DNA from: Squalus acanthias
Lineage: Eukaryota
DNA: 64,000 nt
Reading direction: 5' to 3'
Assembly (NCBI GenBank): GCA_030390025.1
Contig: CM059432.1
Span: forward strand, 49,354,001-49,418,000
Shown here: positions 12,629-24,654 of the stretch, in pieces
How the letters are laid out: every line of letters begins with the position of its first letter
How positions within the stretch are numbered: position 1 is the first letter of the stretch
The notes under the pieces: generated by a model
What the model was told of the DNA's origin: nothing
Seen by the model: only the letters and a program-made list of their open reading frames with translations
The model's database searches: none
Position numbers and translations under genes: made by a program

Positions 12629-14139
12629 CCAGATATAGGGTCAAAAATTGTGGTCGGCAGCGTAGCTATGGAGTACGTCGCCAACCTGCGAACTTACCTT
12701 GTGCGAGGCCCAAAACGGAAACTTTCTCTTCGGCGCTGCAGAGTTCTGCGCAGCGTCTGACGTCAGGAAGACCAGGAGCGCAGCGTACTGCCAATGCGTA
12801 AGGGAAGACACGCCCACAAAAGCTGTCAAAACTAAGCCATGCCCACAGAAATTTCTCTCAGTCTCTTCCATTGAAATGACATTCTAAAAGCTTCGAATTA
12901 AACTTGTACTTAGACTTAGTTCATATATCAGCATTTTGTTTTATTTTTTTCATCCAAACTCACAATTTATTAGTGCCTATGTATACAACTTCCTGTTTTG
13001 ATACTCAAAAAAGGTCTAACAATGTTTTATATCTCCTACAAGTACTGTTGTTGAACTTCAGAAAGAGATTCCCAGCCATATATTCAATGTTAATTTTTAG
13101 GATTAAAATGTATTATTCAGACCTCATTTAGACTGGTAATAGATAAATCTATTTTCCTAGTTACAGATGCATTATATTGCTACACACTAAGCCACAGCTG
13201 ACACTGTAAATGTTAATGTGACAGTATTTGAAAACAATATTTTTGTAAACCATACAATTGTAAACTTTTGCAATTTTCAGACCTCAGTGTCTGCTGTCCT
13301 TTATTTTGTTGATGTTGTGCTCGCACTATTAACATCAACATGCCCATCAATCCATACATTTTCATCGGTTTCATCAGATACTTGGGCGTAGACATGTAGA
13401 TAGAAGTCTACCAATGTAAAACACAAGTGAAGTTGGGATTTCTCCACATAGGTCGCAAAGCTGCACTGTGCATCATGATTGGGTTTTAGCAAGCCTTTCT
13501 TTTTGGTTTGCAGAGAGAAGAGAGCCAGAAGAGCAGTGCCTCACTTTTGTCATTATAATGTCAACCAGACAAAAATGTTTTGATGGACATTCTTTCATAT
13601 AGATTGTATTTTATCCAGACTCTAAGATGTACTTAACATCATGTTTAATGTTAATTTTAGATTACGTCAATGAAGGAGATGCCTGTGCATTCTTGAAAGT
13701 CACTCAGATGAATTTATATTCAGGAAATCTAAAACTTCTTACAGAGAGGATGTAAACTTTTTCCCTGTGGACAGAATACATGCTCCATAGCCTTAGGCAC
13801 TAACTGTTCTATTGACAAAAAGTGAATTCTAGACTCCCCGCACGCGAGTTAGGGCCAAAGGTCCAGCAAGGGCTTTTAAAAATATCCGATTTTCGAATCT
13901 ACTTTTCAATTACAAGTGGAGCAATCCACTGTGTAGGGCTGAGTACATTGCACTGTTTAAATAATATGCTTAAGGTATGGTAGTATACCAAATACCCGGT
14001 TTACAATGCCTAATTTGTATTGGAGCGAATCCACTCCACTCCAGATGAACTTAGTAGTGTTATACACTTTATCTGCTAGGGTCTTCTTGTCACAGTTATG
14101 GTCACAGTGACACAATAAATACTTCTTAGAGGGTATGGG

Positions 14140-14965
14140 GGGTGGGGGAGGTGAGTAATGAGTGTGGTCCCCCAGGGCTTGGTGTTGGGACCACTATTGT
14201 TCCTCATTTACATCTATGACTTCAACTCAGAAACTCAATGCAAATTGGTCAAATTTGCAAATGATACCAGACTAGTAGGGGCAGTGGAATTGGAGGAGGC
14301 AGCTCGTAAATTATAGAATGAGTTGAACAAAATATGTAAGTGGGCAGAATAGAGATAGATGAACTTTAATGCAGGTAGGTGTAAGGTATTACACATTGGA
14401 AGGAAAATTGGGTGGCACAAGTAATCCATGAAGGGGGAATTGAAAGCTAAGGATGAAGTTGAAAGAGACCTAGGAGTCTTAGTAGACTCGAGGTATAACA
14501 TACTCCTGCTCCTATTTCTTATGTTCTTATGTCCAGCCAATAGCCAATAGAATGTTGAACTATAAATAGGCAGAACAGTAGAATTTAAGTCAGAAAAAGT
14601 TGAGATTGAACTGTACAGCGGCTGCTCAGACCACAGTTCGAGTACTGTGTCTAGTTACTGTCACCAAAAGACATGGGAGACATTCAAGTGTTGGAGGTAG
14701 TCCAGAGAAGACCAATGAGGCTGATCCCTTGGCTGGGATTTCCCCTTTCTTTGCTCTCCAAGCTATCATTATCCATCCATTCGTTCATTTTAATGGGCAT
14801 CAAATTGTGGACTGGGGAGCACATGGAATGGATTTCCAGATATAGTGGAGGTGAATCTCTGGAATCATTTCAAGACCAATTAGATGCTGTAATGGGAATC
14901 GTTGGGGTCCGTATGGATGAACTAAGATGAGCCAAAAGTCCTTCCTCATCCATAATTAACTTGTG
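14140..14965 (+). mobile_element. Old CR1-type LINE fragment with a short young CR1 tail inserted at about 14500-14531
   Basis: Degenerate RT motifs (GGTCCCCCAGGG..GTGTTGGGACC, AAATTTGCAAATGATAC = K-F-A-N-D-T) with stops and frameshifts. The insert reads TACTCCTGCTCCTATTTCTTATGTTCTTATG. Confidence 0.75.
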
Positions 14966-15097
14966 ATTTTGTGAACCAATTTGACTTACCATATATGAGG
15001 CAATGGGAAATCTGTTGCTGACTGACACCCTTCATGCAATGTCACCAAATCCTGTCTATGCTCCCAGAAACCATTTGGACAAATTTGTGACTATATA

Positions 15098-15625
15098 AGT
15101 CAGTAGTGTGATGGAATACTCTCCACTTGCCTGGATGAGTGCAGCTCCAACAACACTTAAGAAGCTCGACACCATCCAGGACAAAGCAGCCCGCTTGATT
15201 GGCACCCCATCCACCACCTAAAACATTCACTCCTTCCATCACCGGTATACCGCGGCTGCAGTGTGTACCATCTACAAGATGCACTGCAGCAACTCACCAA
15301 GGCTTCTTCGGCAGCACCTCCCAAACCCGCGACCTCTTCCACCTAGAAGGTCAAGGGCAGCAGGCGCATGGGAACACCACCACCTCCAAGTTCCCCTCCA
15401 AGTCACACACCATCCTGACTTGGAAGTATTTTGCCATTCCTTCATCGTCGCTGGGTCAAAATCCTGGAACTCCCTCTCTAGCAGCACTGTGGGAGTACCT
15501 TCACCACACGGACTGCAGCGGTTCAAGAAGGCGGCTTACCACCACCTTCTCAAGGGCAACTAGGGATGGGCAATAAATGCTGGCCTTGCCAGCGACATCC
15601 ACATCCCATGAAGGAATAAAAAAAA
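15098..15625 (+). mobile_element. Family B LINE 3' fragment
   Basis: Near-identical to 35983-36511; ends in AATAAAAAAAA. Confidence 0.9.
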
Positions 15626-15939
15626 TGTTCCCATATTACAGCAATACAATGCAGCTGGCAATAATTGTGTAACCTATCATTTTAAAATGCAAACCAAATG
15701 CAAAGCCTTTCCCACTCTATTGACTCCATCCAGACCCAAACCAGTGGTATAGAGATGGAGTGGGGTTGTGTTGGCTCCAGTCTGCAGATGGAGCCAGAAG
15801 AATGTACCACAACTAGATGCACAACAGGTCATGAATTAGAACTGCATTTATACCTAGCTACCAGCATGAATCCAACCTCAAGTTGGTAAATAATTCTCTG
15901 GCAGGTCTGTAAAATATTCATACAACCAGATTACACTAT

Positions 15940-16783
15940 GGGCTGGATTTTGTCAGCCCCGAGGAGGCAGGTATGGAGGCGGGAGAGCCGGTAAAGTTGC
16001 AGAATTTGGGGGCGGGTGGCAAACCTGCCCCCAACCCGCCTCCGTGCCCTCTTGCCAGGAGGCGGGAAGCCGTCCTGTCCCGGGCCCCGTCTCCTCGAGG
16101 CGGAAAGGGATTAAAGCCTATTAACTGCCTGTTAACAGGTAGTTAACAAGCAGAAAATAGGATTATCCCCATTTTTCCTTCCGAAGTGCAGGCTTCCCGA
16201 CCTCATGGAACCCCGCCAGGGTGTAGGAGACGAGTAGGAGGTCTGCAGGGGTCAGAGGGGTCTGAAAGTGCGATGTAGACATGAGTGATGGGTGCAAGTG
16301 TGGAGTGGTAAGTATGTAAGGTGAGTGTAAAGTGTTAGAAAATGTTCACTTACCTTTGTTTCTGCCTACAGCCTTCAGTCGCTGTGGAGCCGGAGTCCCG
16401 ACATCTCCATTGTCGATATCACAGACTGGCTGTTGGATCCTCCAAACCAACAGCCAGGTGATTTCTGCAAAGTTGAAAGGTTTGATGAGTCCTGAACACA
16501 AGGACTCATCAAACTACACACAATGTCAGTGTTTGACAGCTTCACAGAGCTGTCAAACGATGACATTTCTTCTTTCAAAAGTTCTTGACAGATGACACGT
16601 CATACGTTGACGTGCTCCGTCACTGACTTCCCCCTAATTGGCCTGCTGAGCCCGCTGGGCGGGCTTAACAAGGTCAATCAGGGGAAAATCCCACTGGTTG
16701 GCCAGAAGCTGATGGAGGCAGGATTGAAAGCCGGCAAGCAGCAGTCTCGCCTCCAAAAGCTTCCCATTCAGAAAATCCAGCCC
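15940..16783. mobile_element. Non-autonomous Harbinger-type element
   Basis: Perfect TIR GGGCTGGATTTT / AAAATCCAGCCC with flanks TAT / AAT. Inverted homolog of 11212-12044. Confidence 0.88.
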
Positions 16784-19354
16784 AATGAGTGCCCAGCACT
16801 TTCTAACGCTCAAAGCATCACGTTGCAAGCACATACCTGTAAGCAAAGCTCGACTCACTATATACATTCTTGTGCAAGGATCATGGTACTCCTCGTGTGC
16901 AGACAATGTAATCTGGTCAATGCAACTGTGCCAAACATTATTCAAAGTTTTTTACTAACACCATCAGATTAATATTACAAAAGTGTAATTCCCATCTTCC
17001 CATACGCACCAAAAGAACTCTGGCTGTAATCTGAACACTCAGTCCCAGGTAAAACTAGTGCTGGCCTAGGATTTTCTCCCTTCCACATATCCAGGCAACA
17101 TATGAAAACCACTGTGCTAACTGTGATGTTCTTTCTAAGACATCACCCACCAGTGCAATTCTGTGTAGAAATTAACCATACTCCAGCATTAGATTCCAAT
17201 GCTGCAGATTAATGTCCTTCAGAGAAGGCATCCCGACCCAGTCTACCATGTGCTTGATTCTTAATGCCCTTTGAGGTGGCCGAGCAAGCTTCTCAGTTAT
17301 AAAACAAATGCTACAAAACAGAACAGTAAGAGAAATTTCGGATAGGCCCATCAACAATGACAGGGCTCATTATATCAACCCCACAGAATCAGAGAAATGA
17401 CAGCATAGGTGGAAGCCATACAGACCATCGTGCTAGCAATTCAACTATAATCCACCTCCTTTATTACCGATTCGACAACCAGTATAAATAATCTTTCACT
17501 ATTTATCCTCTCAAAACTTTTCATAATTTTGAAAATGTTTCACCAAGTTCCCATAAATTATACTTTAATGTTGACAAACATTGGTTTTTGCTGTGCAACA
17601 TGTCAACTGCTTGTCCTACAGGAAAAATATTGCTTGGATCAACTGAAAATAGTCAAATAAATAGTAAATATCTGAATCAGCCATGTTATCAATTAGTTTA
17701 CACTGCAGAAGGGCCTGCTGCTTCACAATTGACACTAATACCAAAGCTAGTGTTGGAATGGCAGGGTTATAAGATGCCTGTTGCGGTAACCAGAGATCAC
17801 AGGCCATTTTTTTTTCTTTAGGTACTGCAGTGAGCATAAAATATTCTGAATAAACCAGAGGAATATAAGGTAATATGGTTGTACTACAGCATGGGTGAGG
17901 CCATGGAAGAAAAACTCCAATAAGATTAAAACCTATTTAAAATATTTCCACATACAAAAGATTTCCACTCAGTGCAATGATTTCAAGGTTAAAGATAAAC
18001 TCAATAAGGTCAAATCTGAATGCATTTTTAGACTACAAATTATAGTCTACAATTATTTGAGATTAAATTTCTGTGCTACAATAATTTGCTAATCACTGCT
18101 GCACATCAGGTTTAATACTTTTCCCCCTTCTTTACTTTATTTTTCTTCTTCTTTAGAATAGATCCCCTGCACCATCTGTCATTCCACAACTGAATAAGGA
18201 AGCAGAATGCTCTCCCACATCTCTGCTTCTGTCCTTGTTGAGCTAACAACTAGAAGTGTGGGAGTGTGCAAGTTGACGTAATGTCTGATTTTCTTTCTCT
18301 GTGCGAAGAGCAATTTGTCTCTGCGAGGTGCTTCCCTTGGTAACAGATCAGCAACTCATCTCAATTCCTTGCTATAGTGCATTGGCACAACACTCAAACA
18401 GTTAGTATTGGAAGAGTAAAAAAAAACGTGTTTTTCTAATGTTTAGGTGAATGAAAGTGTTGCTCACATTTACATTAAAAGGGTGTTAAAAATTTAAGAC
18501 TCGTTTTTCAAAATGTCCTCCCTATTTTGTGTGAAATGCATTCAAACGTGCGATGCACTGCTGGAATAAGACCTCACAATGCACGCGTTTGTCGAAAACT
18601 ATAGGATGTGCTGTCAGTGAAAAGGCTGCAGGTGAACAGAAACATTAATCCATCTCCAAAATGGCACTGTTGGTGGTGCTGCTCCACTGATAATGTTAAT
18701 CGGACATGATCATCATGAAGCCTTTTCTGCATTTGTTTACAAACACCTAGCGTGGAAATAAAGTAACAATGAAATGCATCACACTTCACTTATCAAAATG
18801 CTGCCAAAAGAAAGAGAGAAATAGATTAGGCAGACCAATAAGAATGCAAGATTAAAAAGATTCCTGGGGAAAAACAATGAAAGCACTGTAATGTCACTGT
18901 ATAAACCTAAAATCTGTTGCCTAGCAATTTTGGAATACAACAGGGTGCTCAAGATCAATTTCAACTTGTAGATATACAATATTAGCTTTCAGCTGAGTCT
19001 AAGTAGCATGATGACATATAGGAAGTAGGAGCCAAAGTAATCTCTGTATCTGGAGGTAATAGGAAAAGCCAAACCATGACAAGTACGAAGATAATGTGCA
19101 ATTCACCAGACAAAAACAGGCCCAAATGTAGGGTTTGATATTGTAAGATGTGTTAGTTGCAAAATTGAAACTTCATGCAATTTTGATTTTCCACTGCTGA
19201 ATTTGACTAAAAGTTGCCTCTTCTATTTTATAACTAGAGAAATGTTGTGTCAAAAGAACAAGAATTAGTTGTATTTAAGTGCAACAAATTCATGTCAAGT
19301 TATAATTTTTCTTTATATAATCAATCCTTTATGTTTTTTTTAAATGACCCCAAC

Positions 19355-19631
19355 TCACCAGTGCAAAGCGTGGTGTGGTACTAGGCCATACAGATCAGGA
19401 AAATCTCAGATATGATCCCCTACACTGTGCAGAGTTAGCTGATTTTAGGCACGATGAAGGTAGGGGTACTATAATTTCCTGTGTCCCCAGGAGGGCGTGG
19501 GGTGCAGGGAGGGGGAAGTAATTAGCCAGAGTTCCTGCTCCTGAACACTATACAGTAATCTCTGCTGGAGATGCACAAATAAATATCAGATGAGGGCAGG
19601 ACTGGCCTCAGTTGTGATGCTTCATGGTCAA
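19355..19631 (+). mobile_element. Ancient tRNA-derived SINE resembling AmnSINE2
   Basis: Collinear blocks GCCATACAGATCAGGAA, CTGTGCAGAGTTAGCTGAT, AGCCAGAGTTCCTGCTCCTGA, CTGCTGGA and GCAGGACTGGCCTCAGTTGTGATGC match my recollection of the AmnSINE2 consensus. Needs an alignment to confirm. Confidence 0.55.
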
Positions 19632-19797
19632 GTTTCCTCCTCCTCGCTCCCAAACACTTTCTTCGACAGCACCTCCCAAGCCCATGACCTCCACCACCTA
19701 GAAAGACAAAGGCAGCGAGTACATGGGAACACCACCACCTCCAAGTTCCCCTCCAAGTCACACACTATCCTGACTTGGACATACATCGGCATTCTTT

Positions 19798-20187
19798 GGG
19801 CTGGAGAGAAACTTGGAGTGGGAGGGGGAGGATCCAGTTGTCGTGGTCCATGTTGGTACCAATGACATAGATAGGACAAGGAAAGAGGTTCTGCTGAGGG
19901 AGTTTGAGCAGCTAGGGGCCAAATTAAAAAGCAGAACCTCGAGGGTAATAATCTCTGGATTACTACCTGAGCCACGAGCAAATTTGGCTAGGGTAAATAA
20001 AATCAGGGAGTTGAATGCGTGGCTCAAAGACTGGTGTGGGAAAAATGGGTTTTGCTTCTTGGGACACTGGCACCAGTACTGGGGCAGGAGAGAGCTGTTC
20101 CGTTGGGACGGACTTCACTTGGCCAGTGCTGGGACTAGTGTCCTGGCAAATCGAATAACTAGGGCTGTGGAGAGGGCTTTAAACTAA
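19798..20187 (+). pseudogene. CR1 ORF1 C-terminal SGNH esterase-like domain (5'-truncated)
   Basis: VVVHVGTND (GxND block) and WDGLHL (DxxH block), typical of CR1 ORF1p. The N-terminus is missing. Confidence 0.88.
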
Positions 20188-20225
20188 TTAGTGGGGGGGA
20201 GGTTTCAAGAGAGCAAAAAATAAAA

Positions 20226-23168
20226 ATGACAACAGAGAGGGTCATAGACATAGGTAGCAGTAGGGGAATCACAAATCAGAGCGTGGCAGGAAGGGACAGA
20301 GTGTGTGGAGTAAAAGGTAAACTGGTAAAAAGTGAAAAAGCAGGAACTAAGTGCCACAAAGCATATTTGAAAGTTCTCTATCTGAATGCACGTAGCATTC
20401 GTAACAAAATAGACGAGTTAATGGCACAAATAACTACATATGGTTATGATATTGTGGCCATTACAGAAACATGGCTGCAGGGTGACAATGCCTGGGAATT
20501 AAACATACCAGGTTATTTAACGATCAGGAAGGACAGGCAGGAAGGAAGGGGAGGTGGGGTGGCTATGTTAATAAAGGAAGGAATCACTGTAATACAGAGT
20601 AATGATATTGGGTCAAAAAATCATGATAATGAAACAGTTTGGGTGGAGATAAGGAATAATAAGGGGAAAAAAACATTAGTGGGCGTAGTCTATAGGCCTC
20701 CGAACAGTTGCAACTCTATTGGACGGAGTATCAATCAGGAAATAGTTGAGGCATGTAATAAGGGAACATCTATAATTATGGGGGATTTTAACTATCATAT
20801 TAATTGGACAAATCAAATGGGGCAGGGCTGCCTTGAGGATGAGTTCATTGAGTGTATTAGGGATGGGTTTCTTGAGCAGTATGTAACTGAACCGACCAGG
20901 GGGCAAGCAACCTTAGATCTGGTCCTGTGTAACGAGACAGGATTAATTAAAAATGTCCTAGTAAAGGATCCCCTTGGAATGAGTGACCATAACATGGTTG
21001 AATTCCATATTCAATTAGAGGGTGAGAAGGTTGGATCTCAAACAAGCTTGAATAAAGGAGACTATGAAGGTATGCGAGCGGAATTGAGTAGAGTGGATTG
21101 GGAAAATAGATTAAAGGGTAAGACGACACATGATCAGTGGTGTACATTCAAGGAGTTATTTTACAACTTCCAAAAAAAATATATTCCACTGAAAAGAAAA
21201 GGGTGTAAAAGAAAGGACAGTCATCCGTGGCTAAGTAAAGAAATTAAGGATAGTATTCGACTAAAAACAAGGGCATATAAGGTAGCGAAATCTAGTGGGA
21301 GGACAGAGGATTGGGAAAACTTTAAAAGGCAGCAAAAAATAACAAAAAGATTGATTAAGAAAGGGAAGATAGATTATGAAAGTAAATTAGCAAAAAATAT
21401 AAAAACAGATAGTAAGAGTTTTTATAGTTATATAAAAAGAAAAAGGGTGGCTAAAGTAAATGTTGGTCCCTTAGAGGATGAGACCGGGAAATTAATGGTG
21501 GGAAATATGGAGATGGCAAAAACACTGAATGAATATTTTGTATCAGTCTTTACAGTAGAGGACACTAAGAATATCCCAACACTGGACAAACAGGGGGCTA
21601 TAGGGGGAGAGGAGCTAAACACGATCAAAATCACTAAGGAAGTGGTACTCGGTAAAATAATGGGACTCAAGGCGGATAAATCACCTGGACCTGATGGCTT
21701 ACATCCTAGAGTCTTGAAGGAAGTGGCGGTAGGGATTGTAGATGCATTGGTAATAATTTTTCAAAACTCCCTGGATTCCGCTAAGGTCCCGGCAGACTGG
21801 AAAACTGCTAATGTAACACCCTTATTTAAAAAGGGCAGTAGACAGAAGGCTGGTAACTATAGACCGGTTAGCCTAACATCTGTGGTAGGTAAAATTTTGG
21901 AGTCCATTATTAAGGAAACAGTAACAGGACATTTGGATAATCATAATTTAATAGGACAAAGTCAGCATGGTTTTACGAAGGGGAAGTCATGTTTGACAAA
22001 TTTGCTGGAGTTCTTTGAGGAAGTAACATATAGAGTGGATAAAGGGGAACCAGTGGACGTAGTGTATTTAGACTTCCAAAAGGCATTTGACAAGGTGCCA
22101 CACAAAAGATTATTGCTTAAGGTAAAAAATCACGGGATTGGGGGTAATATTCTGGCATGGATAGAGGATTGGCTATCTAACAGAAAGCAAAGAGTTGGGA
22201 TAAATGGTTCATTCTCAGACTGGCAATCAGTAACTAGTGGTGTTCCACAGGGGTCAGTGCTGGGTTCCCAACTCTTCACAATCTATATTAACGATTTGGA
22301 GGAAGGGACCAAGTGTAACATATCAAAATTTGCAGATGATACAAAGATGGGAGGGAAAGTAGTGAGTGAGGAGGACATAAAAAACCTGCAAGGGGACATA
22401 GACAGGCTAAGTAAGTGGGCAGAGATTTGGCAGATGGAATACAACACTGGAAAGTGTGAGGTGATGCACTTTGGCAGGAAAAATCCTAGAGCAATTTATT
22501 ATCTTAATGGCAAGAAACTGGAGAGTACTGAAGTGCAAAGGGATCTGGGGGTCCTGGTGCACGAAACTCAAAAGGTTAGTATGCAGGTGCAGCAAGTGAT
22601 TAAGAAGGCAAATGGAATGTTGGCTTTCATTGCTAGGGGGATAGAATATAAAAATAGGGAGGTATTGCTTCAGTTGTACAAGGTATTGGTGAGACCGCAC
22701 CTGGAATACTGCATACAGTTTTGGTGTCCTTACTTAAGGAAAGACATCCTTGCTCTCGAGGCAGTGCAAAAAAGGTTCACTCGGTTAATCCCGGGGATGA
22801 GGGGGTGGTCATATGAGGAAAGGTTGGGTAGATTGGGACTCTACTCATTGGAGTTCAGAAGAATGAGAGGCGATCTTATTGAAACATATAAGATTGTGAA
22901 GGGGTTGGATCGGGTGGATGCGGGGAGGATGTTCCCGATGACGGGTGAGACGAGAACTAGGGGACATAGTCTTAGAATAAGGGGCTGCTCTTTCAAAACT
23001 GAGATGAGGAGGAACTACTTCACTCAGAGGGTGGTAGGTCCATGGAATATGCTGCCACAAAAAGCTGTAGAAGCTACAACATTAATTAAATTTAAAACAG
23101 AAATAGACAGTTTCCTAGAAGTAAAGGGCATTAAGGGTTACGGGGAGCGGGCAGGAATTTGGACATGA
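20226..23168 (+). CDS. CR1 ORF2 apurinic endonuclease-reverse transcriptase, uninterrupted 980 aa
   Basis: APE motifs YLNARS, ITETWL, VYRPP, MGDFN and SDHN. RT motifs [38 protein letters not shown] and FADDTK. No stops. Confidence 0.95.
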   Translation: MTTERVIDIGSSRGITNQSVAGRDRVCGVKGKLVKSEKAGTKCHKAYLKVLYLNARSIRNKIDELMAQITTYGYDIVAITETWLQGDNAWELNIPGYLTIRKDRQEGRGGGVAMLIKEGITVIQSNDIGSKNHDNETVWVEIRNNKGKKTLVGVVYRPPNSCNSIGRSINQEIVEACNKGTSIIMGDFNYHINWTNQMGQGCLEDEFIECIRDGFLEQYVTEPTRGQATLDLVLCNETGLIKNVLVKDPLGMSDHNMVEFHIQLEGEKVGSQTSLNKGDYEGMRAELSRVDWENRLKGKTTHDQWCTFKELFYNFQKKYIPLKRKGCKRKDSHPWLSKEIKDSIRLKTRAYKVAKSSGRTEDWENFKRQQKITKRLIKKGKIDYESKLAKNIKTDSKSFYSYIKRKRVAKVNVGPLEDETGKLMVGNMEMAKTLNEYFVSVFTVEDTKNIPTLDKQGAIGGEELNTIKITKEVVLGKIMGLKADKSPGPDGLHPRVLKEVAVGIVDALVIIFQNSLDSAKVPADWKTANVTPLFKKGSRQKAGNYRPVSLTSVVGKILESIIKETVTGHLDNHNLIGQSQHGFTKGKSCLTNLLEFFEEVTYRVDKGEPVDVVYLDFQKAFDKVPHKRLLLKVKNHGIGGNILAWIEDWLSNRKQRVGINGSFSDWQSVTSGVPQGSVLGSQLFTIYINDLEEGTKCNISKFADDTKMGGKVVSEEDIKNLQGDIDRLSKWAEIWQMEYNTGKCEVMHFGRKNPRAIYYLNGKKLESTEVQRDLGVLVHETQKVSMQVQQVIKKANGMLAFIARGIEYKNREVLLQLYKVLVRPHLEYCIQFWCPYLRKDILALEAVQKRFTRLIPGMRGWSYEERLGRLGLYSLEFRRMRGDLIETYKIVKGLDRVDAGRMFPMTGETRTRGHSLRIRGCSFKTEMRRNYFTQRVVGPWNMLPQKAVEATTLIKFKTEIDSFLEVKGIKGYGERAGIWT

Positions 23169-23849
23169 GTCTAGGTTCGGATCGGTCATGGCCCTGTGGG
23201 TAGTGGAGCGGGCCCAGGGACTGTGTAGCCTGATTCTGCTCCTATTTCGTGTGTGCAATTCTGTTAGATGCAGGAGATGGTTCTGTGATAGATAGTACAT
23301 TGGCGGTTAGGATCAGATCAGCCATGATCTTATTGAATGGCGGAGCAGGCTCGAGGGGCCGATTGGCCTACTCCTGCTCCTATTTCTTATGTTCTTATGT
23401 TCTTTCATCATCGCTGTGTCAAAATCCTGGAATTCCTTACTTAACAGAGAGCATCTTCAATACACAGACAGCAGTAGTTGAAGAAGGTGCTCACCACCGC
23501 CTTCTCAACAAGGTATGTGACTAGGGATGGGCAATAAATGCTGGCCTTGCTAGTGATGCCCACATCACAAGAATTAATTTTAAACATCTTACTGTGCATG
23601 TTCACACTTGAAGCATGGCTACTTGGGCAAAGTGGTGCAAGCGGCTATGGAACTGTACTCAACATGAGTCACTGCTGTCAAGAGAGAAAATCTGGGGGGA
23701 TGGGGGCGGGGGGGGGGGTGCGGAAGGGGGAAGCTGCTGACAGTTACAATACATGTTTAAAGAGCTGCATCAACTGAACTCATGAGGTTTCCTTGCTTTA
23801 CCCAATTCTCACTCCCAAACACTTTCACTTGCAGATTTCTAATTACCTG

Positions 23850-23962
23850 TTTCACGGACAAGTATTCAGATTTATTGACTATCAATTTCACAACTTGCCA
23901 TGTTGGGATTTTAAATCAAAATGTGCTGGCTGTTAATCCAGTACCTTTACCGCTAGGCTACC
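23850..23962 (-). mobile_element. SINE head fragment
   Basis: Homologous to the head of the SINE at 31510-31623 (..AATTTCACAACTTGCCATGTTGGGATTTTAA..TCCAGTAC..ACCGCTAGGCTACC). Confidence 0.6.
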
Positions 23963-24654
23963 ATATCCCCTTCTTCTATGCTATTACTGCTCTAATGGGG
24001 TTCCCACAAATTTAGCTGCCCCTGCAGACTTCAAGTAGAAATGTGGCCAGATCTTGCCTAATAGCTGAGGAAGGTTCTTGCAGGCCTGTGATAGGAAAAG
24101 CCCATCATTGGACAGGCTGAGCGCACAGCTCATCCACAGCTGGAAAAATTGGTAGCAAGCGCGTGCTGACGGCTGCATTTACATTACTGCTTCAGTACTG
24201 ATGCCTCTGTTGATGCTGATGAAAACCATCTACTTAGGTGGGTCTCAGTGCTTTCAGCATCATTACTGCATTACTACTGAATTCAGGGCTGCTGATGGTG
24301 GCAGTTTTGTAAGATAATTGCACCACAAGACTTAACAAGACAAGGTTTAACATATTCATTTACACAACAAAAGACCTCCATTATCGCAGTATTACTCCAT
24401 GCTATTGTATCAACTAAATCCTGATGTGACATTCTTACATGTTAATCTAAATTTCTAATGCAATCAATGATTATCTAATTACTATATATTCAAATAGCTT
24501 CATACATCACATTCTTGAATTAGAATATGGATGTGCTATTAATATTTCATGTTATGCCATAATCAAAGAGGCAGGCATTGATGTTATATTTTAGAGATTT
24601 TGGATGTGTAGCTTAGCCAACTGTTACTCTAGGACTGATTTATGGATCGACAGA

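Larger units (their letters stand above)
19798..23399 (+). mobile_element. Young 5'-truncated CR1 LINE
   Basis: ORF1 3' part, intact ORF2 and a (TTCTTATG)n tail. TTCTTT is duplicated at 19792-19797 and 23400-23405. Confidence 0.97.
19650..23575 (+). mobile_element. Family B LINE 3' fragment split by a CR1 insertion (pieces 19650-19797 and 23400-23575)
   Basis: The left piece ends ...GACTTGGACATACATCGGCATTCTTT. The right piece resumes TTCTTTCATCATCGCTGTGTCAAAATCCTGG, contiguous with the family B sequence. Confidence 0.85.

Noticed and set aside
12637..12860. CpG-rich segment beginning with TIR-like GGGTCAAAAATTG
   Set aside because: No convincing second TIR or TSD. Possibly a MITE fragment, but not supportable.
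13301..13492. 63-aa ORF in apparently unique sequence
   Set aside because: No recognisable domain or convincing splice boundaries.
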